Assembly (NCBI RefSeq): GCF_038025025.1
Contig: NW_027117342.1
Coordinates: 1,426,001 to 1,490,000 of the forward strand
DNA from: Phyllosticta citribraziliensis
Lineage: Eukaryota
Reading direction: 5' to 3'
DNA: 64,000 nt
A program made the position numbers and the translations under genes. The notes beneath the pieces are model-generated. The model was not told the origin of the DNA. It saw only the letters and a list, made by a program, of their open reading frames with translations, and searched no databases. Of the stretch, positions 37,779 through 47,232 are shown one piece after another. Numbering within the stretch: position 1 is the stretch's first letter; every line of letters starts with the position of its first letter.

Positions 37779-40286
37779 ATGGATCCCGAATCCAACGAGC
37801 CCAGCGCAAAGAGGCGAAAGGTCCCGGTAGGAAAGAACCGGACTGGGTTGCGCTGCTCGTCCTCCGCTAATGGGATGTAGAGGAATTGTGGGGCCTGTCG
37901 GAGGTCGAAGGTACGCTTTGCGTGTAGTAAACGAGCGCGAGTCTTGGTTGACGAAGCGCCTTAATAGGTCAAGTGTGATCGCGAAGAGCCGTGCAGCAGG
38001 TGCGTGGCATGTCTGTCCATCTAGATTAAGACACTGAAGTTGAGCATTTGGTCAGATGTACGAAGCTCAGATTGCCTTGTCAATATTTCGAAGTTCCCCA
38101 GGATCCAACAGCAGAGTAAGTGGATTCAATGTAGTGACTGCCTGGCAGCACTCACTTTTTCGCATGGGTTCGAAGCTTCCCATTTATTACCGTCAAAGTG
38201 GACAAATGCTCTCTGCCTGCTCCAAACTTGGTGTTGTGTCACATTCCGGAGACGATCGAAGCATCCCGACACCACTCGATTGCATTTGCTGATGGCCGCA
38301 GGAAGCTCAAAGAGCTCGAGCAAGAAATACACCGCCTGAAGACACTGATCCCCCAATCCGAGTCTCCCTCTCACCAGCTTCACAATCATGCAACACTGCC
38401 TTCTCCAGCTCAGACATTCCTCCCCGAAGCATCCGCCATGACGGTCAACTCAGCTGGCTCTGGCGCAGTCTTGCCAGTGCAGACTTCGGATCTGGACACA
38501 CTGACGCAACACACGACCAACATTTCAGATCCAGGTACCGTGTCGAGCAATCATTCGAGTGGGCTTATGGCTTCAAGTAGCCTAGCAACAGCCGTGACCA
38601 GTGGACCAATACTGGACGGCCGACGCCAGAGCGGTATCTTTCCTGCTCTCCGGACAGGCTTCCAAGACAGTGCCCAACAAGACAGGAATGGGGGCTCCAC
38701 CATGTTCCGAATAAGAAACGAATATCTTCCCGACGCTGTGGATGTTGGGCTCCTGGGACCGATCGAGGCTAGGCAGTGCTTCGATTGCTTCTTTCAGGGG
38801 AATGTAAGTTGAATGCCTCGTCTACTCGATCCAGGAGTAATCCCTTGTTCAGAACCGACTCGTCCCAGTCTTCTCCTCAGAGCACGACTCATTCGACTCA
38901 ATCCGGCAAAGAAGCAGTTTCCTTTTCGACACCATCATCGCTTTTGGATACAAGGTCCACTTCGGCGCCGAGCACCATGGCCTCTTTCTCCACCTACGTC
39001 GGCGCATTTCCGACAGCCTCATGTTGTCACTGCCAAGCAGCTCCCTGGAGACTTTGCAGGCCTTGCTGATCCTGGTCTGTTACTGGGAGCACAGCTGGAT
39101 CTTTATGGATTTGGCGCTCTCCATGGCGCGAGACATGGATCTACCAGAAGCCGTGGAAGATGCAATGACGGTCATTTCGACTGCAAAGGCGATTGGGAGC
39201 ATGGTGGCGGACAAGGAGCTGTTTCGAAAGGCCAGGATTTGCTGTGCGGTCTACGTTTTGGATCAGATGTGAGCGAATTCAGACACTGGCAGCGTACACA
39301 ATGACTGAAAATGACCCGACAGATACTTTGTGGACGGAGGCAAAGCTGCCACAATCTTTTGCTTGGACACCCCCAGACGCATCCGATGTCTCGTAAATCA
39401 CCCCGATAGAAACGCGATCGACATTCGGCTTCTTGCACAAGTCGAACTAAACCAAATTCGCAGTTCGGTCCACTCAGACCTACCCTCGGGGCAAGACTTT
39501 CTTGACATCTCTGAAACGGAGATCACCAGGAGCTTGAGAAACGCGCGAATAGATTTGGATCTTTGGCTCGCAGACTGGACGCACATTATAGAAATGGACA
39601 ACCAGACGAGGCTCGCGGACCGCGAGGAGAACGCCATCAACCAGCAGAATCTGCGGATTCAGCACCAGTGGGCGTGGGCCAGCGTCAACTTGCGCGCGCT
39701 GTCGTGCATGGGCGCCGAGAACCTGGCCACGATGACGCCGATGCAGAGGCAGTTCATCGAGTCGGCGAAGCTAGCCGCGGAAAAGCACCTGGGACTTCTA
39801 CTCGACGGATCAGAAGCGATGGCAGCCGCGTCTCCCGATTCCCTGTCTCGAGGGACCATCAGCCCCTATCTTGCGTCGTTCAAGTGGGCGACCAAGTTTG
39901 TCTGGGCCAAGTGCGCCTTCTCCGTCCTCCTGACGCTTCGACTGGCGATTCTCCTGGAGGACCCGTTCGACCACCTCATGCGACTCGGTCTGAAAGCCAT
40001 GAACGTCGCACAGCAGCTGAAGGCCGTGTGCGGCGGGCAGTCGGAGTACTTTCAGATTCTCGAAAACAGCGTCAGCAAGTTCCAAAAGGCGGTCCGGGAC
40101 CGCAGGAGGCATGCGGATGGAATTCAGAGCCGCGAACAAAGCAGTTCGAATGATGCGGAAGCCGAGTTCAGGAGATATCTGCCCAAGGAGTTTTCGTTTG
40201 ATTGGAATTTCCCTGGCTTGGATTTGCAGTGCGTTCCGATCGATTGGGACGAGCTGTTTGGCGATTTTGGGGAGCTCATTAATTGA
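37779..40286 (+). CDS. Zn(II)2Cys6 fungal transcription factor
   Basis: Short 5' exons splice to CGACRRSKVKCDREEPCSRCTKLRLPC (CX2CX6CX5CX2CX6C), followed by a coiled coil and a middle-homology-like region (SLETLQALLIL). Confidence 0.9.
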
Positions 40287-40411
40287 GGCTCAGGTACGGG
40301 CAAAAAAGATACAAAGCCTGCACGAATGCTCTCAGAACGCATCGTTTAATCATCTTGGGGACGGTAAAGTCAAACTGCATCATCAATACTGCTGGAAGAT
40401 GATAACCTTGC

Positions 40412-42133
40412 TCATGACAGCGTTAGCTTGGTCCAGACACCGTCGTCAGGGGCCATCGTCAACCCAATCTGATACTTTATTTTTTCTTGCCAGTCCTCTG
40501 TCGATCCAGCTGGATGATTAACGGCTTCAATGTTGCTGAATTGTTGGATGAAGCGACATATCGTGTACTTTACCAATTTCAACGCGTACTGTTCTGCGGA
40601 TTATCAGCCAAAGGAACCAGCAAGCAAATTTGTATGAACTGACCGCCGAGACACTTTCGCGGCCCTCCGCTGAATGGGTGGAATGTCCAGTCTCTGGTCC
40701 GCGCAACAACGCTTTCTTCTTCCCATCTTTCCGGGATGAACTGGCTCGCAGTCTTCCCGTAGATACCTTCCGACCTCTGCAACGCGTAGGTTGAGTAGCA
40801 AATCAATGTGCCTCTCGGGACATGAATCGGGTCTTCTCCTTTGACGCCGCCTCCCACTGGTAGTTTTGTCGTGCGTGCGCAGGCCCGACCATTCAGTGGC
40901 ACCGCGGGAAACAGTCGTAGAGTCTCATTGACGACATTGTCCAGGTAAGTCAATTCCGCAAGGTCCTTCTCGGTCACTAGGCGATCTGAACAGTCTCCGA
41001 GCTTTTCAATGACCTCTCCGCGTAGCTTGCGGAACACTCCCGGGTCTCTTGCCAAAGAATAGAAAATCCAACATAGGAGGCTCGCGCTGGAGTCTCGACC
41101 AGCAAACAGGATGTTGTACACCTCGTCACGGGTCTTGTCCAGGTCTTCTCCCATCTTCTCATAAATGCTTTGGAGAGCACTTCGTGCTTTGATTTCATCG
41201 CTGGATCTAAGCGAGTCCTTGATCATGTCTTCCAGGGCTCCGCGTGCCGTGCGACAGGCAGCTCTGAACTCGGCAGGGTTCACAAGCCAGTAAAATGCCT
41301 TGAATCTTTCACGGGTTGCAAGATACTCTAACGCTGTGTTGAAAGCCTTGAAGAAGGTTCTAGCCTTTTCGTTTTGAGGATCTGCTTCGCTTTGACTGAG
41401 CATGGCGGTGGATCTTCCCAAAAAGAACTCCGTCGCCGTGTCAAGAGTGAACGAGTAGATAAGTGGTTTTAGGTCGACTGGAGAGCCATGATCCATGGAT
41501 TTGCGAATGGCAGCGAAAAAAGATTGAATGTGCTGCTCCAATGTTTCCAAGTGAGGGAGATGACGTCCATGGAAGATTGGTGCCAACAGACGTCTTGAGG
41601 TGGTCCATTCCGGCCCATCATTCGTGAAGATTCCGCTGCCCAGAAGGGGAGAGAAACAGCCATGTCGGACGGGTCCGTATTCGAAATCGGCAAACTGCTT
41701 AGAGAGGACGGCGGAGATGTTGCGCGGATCCCGGGTCAGAATAATAAATTGACCGCCTGCATCTGTTTACATTAGCTCCAATGCTTCAGAGGGGACTTTG
41801 TTGCAGATTTCAAAACCTACACTGGCCGTAATTGTCCCCAAAGAGCTCGTGGTCAGACAGCATTAATGTTGGGAATTTCCGTTTTCGCTCTGCAGTCAAA
41901 GACTTTTTGAGCTTGTCGATACCAAATGGCAGCAGCCAGGAATTTGGTATAATCTTAAGCGGCTTGCATCCGTAAGCCTCGCCATGGTCGTGCCAGCCAA
42001 TCTGTCATCCGACCACATTAGTTCATGCCGATACATACTCGTGAATTCAACTCACAAAGATGTAGACATTTCGAAGAATGAGGAACACAGATAAAGGGAC
42101 AAGTCCAATGAGGAGGTATCCAATGAGGGCCAT
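40412..42133 (-). CDS. Cytochrome P450, CYP52-like
   Basis: Four exons. N-terminal TM anchor, PLLGSGIFTNDG, AGRDSS, ETLR, PERW and heme motif FSGGPRKCLG. The last exon ends GLTMAPDDGVWTKLTLS*. Confidence 0.92.
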
Positions 42134-42702
42134 GGCGTTGCAAATTGAGCCAAGGAAGTGTCGGGCAACGCGGAGATCTACGGCGACCGTCGCAAAAGTT
42201 ATGTAGAAGCGAAGGCCCCCACAGAGTCGTTGGCGCCTCAATGAAACCCAGCGGCGAGGGAGGCAGATGATTCGACACGTTGTTTCGGCCCCCAAAAGTA
42301 TTGCGTGGCCTCGGCCAATGGCGCATCTTCTGTCAGCGATTTGTCCCGCTTCTCAAGCTGCTTGCCTCCGAAGAGGCGTTTTCAGACCCCAGGCTGGGGA
42401 GCTTTCTCCCCAAGTGCGTCAGCTTTGCCCACAAGCGATGGAGCACAACAGGAGGGGCAGTATAAGCCCGTAAATTGTAGATTGCCTTATATGCGCCCCC
42501 GCCATCGCAATGAGAGTTGAATAAGTGCTCCTAATTCGCTCGGGCACCGCAGCTCGCTCGAGCAGGTTCTGGCCTACCTCATCCTTGTAGGCACACCTTA
42601 AAATACTTCGACGTGGAACGCTTCTAACAAGGCTCACAACTGCACAGTCTTGCCTCATTATCGACTTGACCTTGTCCATTCGGCAACAGGGGAGAAATCC
42701 TG

Positions 42703-43950
42703 ATGTCGAGCGGCAATCAATCATCCACGGAAACCAGGGTCGCGTGGGTTGGAGGAGACCATGGGCGCGGCACTCTCGACCTTCTATGGAGTTGTATCAG
42801 TACCCTCATAATCTGCACCTGGACCGTTCAGCACCTCGACGTCATTTGGCCATGCTACCGCGGTCGGCAAGAAGTCACTCTTCGGAGATTGAAGCACACA
42901 GCCTTTGCACTTCTGATGCCGGAGTACATGAACGGCGTTTCGATCGAACAGTACTGTCGCGCCCACACGTCGACGAAGAAGTTCCGGGAGTTGAAAGGCT
43001 TCGAAGAGTGGACAATGACGCATGGCTTTTTTGCGGCCATGAACGGATTCCGAGCCAAGTGTCCAAATGGAGAGCTGATTGCTCTGCGGATTGAAGAATT
43101 GTACTGGCTGATCCAGCAAGATCTGGTGAAGGGAATGCCAGTCATTCGGATAAAAGATGAAGAAGATTCAGCCAATCCATCATCAGCCCCGGAAGATGGT
43201 CTGATATCTCAAGAGAAAAAGCCCGATATGCCGATTTTATCCCAGGAAAATATCCGCCGGAGTGACAAGTCTGATGCATTGACAAAGGTCATTGCCTGTG
43301 TTCAATGCGGGTGGTTTGTCTTTCAAATAATCGCAAGGGCTGTGATGGACATGGAAGTCTCGCCCTTGGAAATCATGACGATTGCTTTCACCTGCTTGTG
43401 TTTTGTCACCTACCTTGCTTGGTGGAAGAAACCGTACGACATAGACCTGTCCTGGACTTTGGAAATCGAAAAGAACTGGCAAGACTGGGACGTGGATATG
43501 CCACAAAACCGAAGAGAGGAATTGGTCCGCCACAAAGAGGGAACTGGTGACCTTTACCTTCATGCTCAGACCCAGTTCCATTCATACATCACCTTTGCTC
43601 TGGGCGCCTGTTTTGGCGCACTGCACTGCATTGCATGGAATCTTGAGTATCCCAGCCGTGCTGAACAAATTGGGTGGCAGGTTTGCAGCCTGATCATCAC
43701 CATCTGGCCATTGTATATGCTGTTCACCACAGAGCCCTTCATCCAGAAAATGATGAAGGTCAGCAAGTACTTCAAGATTTTGGAGCACGCAGATTCGAGC
43801 CAACCACTGTATTTCCTTCACATTGCTCTGGCCTTGTCATATGGACTTGCCCGACTATTTCTGATTGTGGAAGCATTCATCAGCCTGAGGTCGCTTCCAA
43901 GTGGAGTTTACGATACACCTCAGTGGACAGAGTACATACCTCATATCTAG
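42703..43950 (+). CDS. Conserved fungal multi-pass membrane protein of unknown function
   Basis: Intronless 415-aa ORF with RGTLDLLWSC..T...CTW...H, WTMTHGFFAAMNGF, DKSDALTK, LEIMT, WWKKP, FGALHCIAWN and ARLFLIVEAFISLR, typical of a widespread unnamed fungal family. Confidence 0.85.
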   Translation: MSSGNQSSTETRVAWVGGDHGRGTLDLLWSCISTLIICTWTVQHLDVIWPCYRGRQEVTLRRLKHTAFALLMPEYMNGVSIEQYCRAHTSTKKFRELKGFEEWTMTHGFFAAMNGFRAKCPNGELIALRIEELYWLIQQDLVKGMPVIRIKDEEDSANPSSAPEDGLISQEKKPDMPILSQENIRRSDKSDALTKVIACVQCGWFVFQIIARAVMDMEVSPLEIMTIAFTCLCFVTYLAWWKKPYDIDLSWTLEIEKNWQDWDVDMPQNRREELVRHKEGTGDLYLHAQTQFHSYITFALGACFGALHCIAWNLEYPSRAEQIGWQVCSLIITIWPLYMLFTTEPFIQKMMKVSKYFKILEHADSSQPLYFLHIALALSYGLARLFLIVEAFISLRSLPSGVYDTPQWTEYIPHI

Positions 43951-44235
43951 CTTGAAGAACCGTCAGCGTATCGTAATACTCAAAGCAATGTTATCATGGA
44001 GAATCCATCAAGAATTTGACAAAACCTGATGTGACGGCGCATGGTGCGCTGGTCTAGAAGCTGAAGGGGATGAAGTAGACGGACAAACACTGCTGGTTCG
44101 CGGCCCAAGCGGAGGTGTCGATTGGCCACGAAAAGTGGTGGCCGCATTATCGATAACGCCTCGGCTTTGGGAAAATTGTCGGTCGAATCCAGCACCAGCT
44201 TCAATCCTTCCTTCTCTCTACAAATCCCACTCGCC

Positions 44236-45294
44236 ATGGCCACACGCAAGAGAAACGAATGGCTCGAAGCCAATGACGCGAGCGAAGATGAAGAAGACGG
44301 CTACAACTCTGAGGCCGAGGAATTGGCCAAGGGTCGAGCGACGAGCGGTCGCGCTTCGAAGCGGCGCAAGTTCGACGACGATTCCGATTACGATTCCGCA
44401 GAAGACGAGGACGACGTTTCAACAGACCCGTCACTGCAGAGGAAAGACGCACCGGCGCCCAAAGGCAAACCTCAAAACAAGGATGCGGAAGAAGGAGCCG
44501 CGAAGAACGCCAAGGGGGACGACCAGCCCGCCGCTGATCATGATGATTTCGAAGAAGACGAAGACGAAGACGAAGACGAAGACGGCAACGCTACCATGAG
44601 GCTCGAAAGCAAGAAGAACCTGACGCAAAAGCAAGCCGAGAAAGCCGCCAAAGCGACCAAGAAGTCTGGAGTCGTCTATCTCTCGCGCATTCCCCCGTTC
44701 ATGAAACCAATGACGGTCAAGTCGCTTCTGTCGCAATACGGAACCATTGGTCGCGTCTTCCTCACACCAGAGGATCCTACTGTCTACAAACGGCGCAAAG
44801 CCTCGGGTGGCAACAAGAAGAAGAGCTTCGTTGATGGTTGGGTGGAGTTCAAGAACAAAAAGGACGCCAAGGCCGTAGTCAACCTGCTCAACGCGAAAAT
44901 TATCGGCGGAAAGAAGGGTGGATACTACTACGACGATGTCTGGAACATCAAATACCTCAATGGCTTCAAGTGGAACAATCTCACGGAGCAGATCGCAAAC
45001 GAGAATGCGGAGAGGGCAAGCAAGATGCGTGCAGAGATTGCCAAGACCACGAGGGAAAACAAGGAATTCGTACAGAACGTGGAGAGGGCGAAGATGCTGC
45101 AGGGTATGGCGGAAAAGAAGAAGAAGAAAGAAGAGAAGGGAGAGGCGCAGCCTCAGAAGGCCAGGGAAAGCCAGACGAAAGACAGGGAGGCCAGGAGGCA
45201 TTTCAAGCAAAACGAAGTGCAGTCAAAGAGTGCAAAGAATGCGCCCGTGGAGCAGTCAGAGGACGTCAGGAGAGTCTTGTCCAAGATCTTCTAA
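44236..45294 (+). CDS. ESF2: Pre-rRNA-processing protein Esf2 (ABT1 family, RRM)
   Basis: Motifs GVVYLSRIPPFMKP, GWVEF and IIGGKKGGYYYDDVWNIKYLNGFKW; acidic N-terminus with a (GAAGAC)n coding repeat. Confidence 0.95.
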   Translation: MATRKRNEWLEANDASEDEEDGYNSEAEELAKGRATSGRASKRRKFDDDSDYDSAEDEDDVSTDPSLQRKDAPAPKGKPQNKDAEEGAAKNAKGDDQPAADHDDFEEDEDEDEDEDGNATMRLESKKNLTQKQAEKAAKATKKSGVVYLSRIPPFMKPMTVKSLLSQYGTIGRVFLTPEDPTVYKRRKASGGNKKKSFVDGWVEFKNKKDAKAVVNLLNAKIIGGKKGGYYYDDVWNIKYLNGFKWNNLTEQIANENAERASKMRAEIAKTTRENKEFVQNVERAKMLQGMAEKKKKKEEKGEAQPQKARESQTKDREARRHFKQNEVQSKSAKNAPVEQSEDVRRVLSKIF

Positions 45295-45764
45295 TCGCTT
45301 GCGCAAGTCTTGCATTACTTGGAGTTTGGGTGCGAAAGGCAGGAAAATAGTCTGTGTCATTGGGAAGATATCCATTGAATTTACTGTATGGAAAGCCCTT
45401 GCGGTGTTTTCTGAAAACGAATCCCTCACGTCAAGATGATCTGGGACGACCGGCCAGTTCTTCTTGATTCATTTCTGGTGGGGATTGTGGTTGTGACGTA
45501 GAGGCGAAGCACCAGTTCATAGAGCTGTCGGACCAGCCCGTGTTTACTTACAACATGTGAACGCGTGCAGTCAGTTGTCTGAGTCAAAGAATCGAATAAT
45601 CGGCATCATCGGCACGGTCGGTTCAGCCCCGCAGACCTGGAGCGAGTCCGATCACTGTACATGTGCCTATCAGGCGCATCCAAAATAAGCATCCACAAAA
45701 CCTGTCGAACAACTCGAACACGCTCCATTACCTTCGCACTCGATCCGCACCCAGTCTCGCAACA

Positions 45765-46358
45765 ATGACATCGTCCTTCAACAAAGCTCTCGCTGCGATT
45801 GACGCTGCGCACGCGCTCGACCCGAAAACCATCACAGCGCCCGATGGCAAAGAAATCGCCTACGAGCTGCACTATGCGAACAAGATGACGCACTTTCTGT
45901 CACAACGCGACCCGGCAGCGTCGGAAGCACTCAAGCTCGCCATCCGCGCGCAACACTTCCGGCGCTGGGAGATACCACGCGCAGAGTACCCCATGACGAA
46001 GCTTGGATATTTCAGTTGGAGAAACGCGCTCAAGAAGCGGCAGGCGGAGCATGTGGAGCGCATCTGCGTCGAAGCCGGGTACAGCGCGGGCGACGCGGCG
46101 CGTGTAGCGGCGCTGGTGCGCAAGGAGGACCTGCGCAACGACGCCGAGACTCAGGCGCTCGAGGACGTGGCGTGCCTCGTGTTTCTCGACGACCAGTTTG
46201 AGGAGTTTGAGAAGGGCTTGGAGGATGAAGACAAGGTGATTGGCATTCTGAGGCGGACGTGGGCGAAGATGACCGAAGAGGGGAGGCGTCTTGCACTCGA
46301 AATTCAAATGGGTGAGAGGCCAAAAGCAGTGCTTGTCAAGGCACTGTCGGGGTCATGA
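45765..46358 (+). CDS. DUF4202-family protein
   Basis: Motifs IDAAHALDP, ELHYA, AIRAQH..RWEIPR..YP, GY..WR, TQALEDVACLVFL and ILRRTWAKM. Confidence 0.85.
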   Translation: MTSSFNKALAAIDAAHALDPKTITAPDGKEIAYELHYANKMTHFLSQRDPAASEALKLAIRAQHFRRWEIPRAEYPMTKLGYFSWRNALKKRQAEHVERICVEAGYSAGDAARVAALVRKEDLRNDAETQALEDVACLVFLDDQFEEFEKGLEDEDKVIGILRRTWAKMTEEGRRLALEIQMGERPKAVLVKALSGS

Positions 46359-46533
46359 GAGAATGTGGACAAGCTGTTATTCGGTCGAGGACAGAGAAAA
46401 GGTGGATATCTAATGGTACATTGTGCTTCCTCGGAGGCAATGAAACTTCCAACGGCTTATGAGGAATACCACTTCATGCTCTCCGCTCTTGTCGCAAGAG
46501 GCCCGCTCGTTGTTTGTTCCGCCGTCGCCGCGT

Positions 46534-46755
46534 CTATGCGCCACCCTCGCGCTTGGCATATTCTTCTTCCATGCGCTCCTCGTACAACTTTTCGGCAGCG
46601 AGCTCGGCGTCGCTCTTGGGTCGGTTTTGATAAGAGGTGGAAGTGTTCTGGTTTGAGGAAGTTTGCTGCTGAGATTGCTGGGTGCCGCTGTTTGCCGTGG
46701 TAGTGTTGGTCTCGGAGGTGGAGGGCTTCTCGGAGGTATAGGTTGGAAGAGGCAT
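46534..46755 (-). CDS. Small conserved fungal protein (C-terminal LYEERMEEEYAKREGGA)
   Basis: 73-aa ORF with good start context and a C-terminus I recall from hypothetical ascomycete proteins. Confidence 0.75.
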   Translation of the reverse strand: MPLPTYTSEKPSTSETNTTTANSGTQQSQQQTSSNQNTSTSYQNRPKSDAELAAEKLYEERMEEEYAKREGGA

Positions 46756-47232
46756 GATGAATGAGTCTTGGTGGACTGTGTAATTGTTTGAGTCTGAGCT
46801 GTATAGAATCGAGCTTCTTCCTTACGATTAGGGCTGGCTGAGGAGTGACGAAGGATAAGCAGTGAGAATAGCGCAAGCGGGGGTGAGCTTTATAGAGACG
46901 AGGCCTACGTCAGGAAGGTGGCGATGTGGCGTTGGTGGCCGGGGGTGGCGGTGTGGCAATGCGGAGTGGCTGATGGCTCGCAGGTGCCGTGCCAAGCCGC
47001 TTATGTCCCATTCTGACCAGGCGCATCGAAGCGTGCCTTCAAGCCAGAGACGCAGTCGACCCTTCCAAACCATCATCTCACAACAACAGCACTCCGCGTA
47101 TCTCCTGCTCCTTATCTGGGACGGTCGACCCAGGACCCCGTCCTCGCCCGAGGAGTTGCGTTTTTCTCCAAACAACCTCACGCGTTGGCACACGCGTAGA
47201 CTGTCCTCTCCAAGTTTCAACTTTGCGCAACC

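Noticed and set aside
40470..40490. Suspected frameshift in an A-run in the last P450 exon
   Set aside because: Counting six A's keeps the frame (WQEKIKYQIGLTMAP); the gene is intact.
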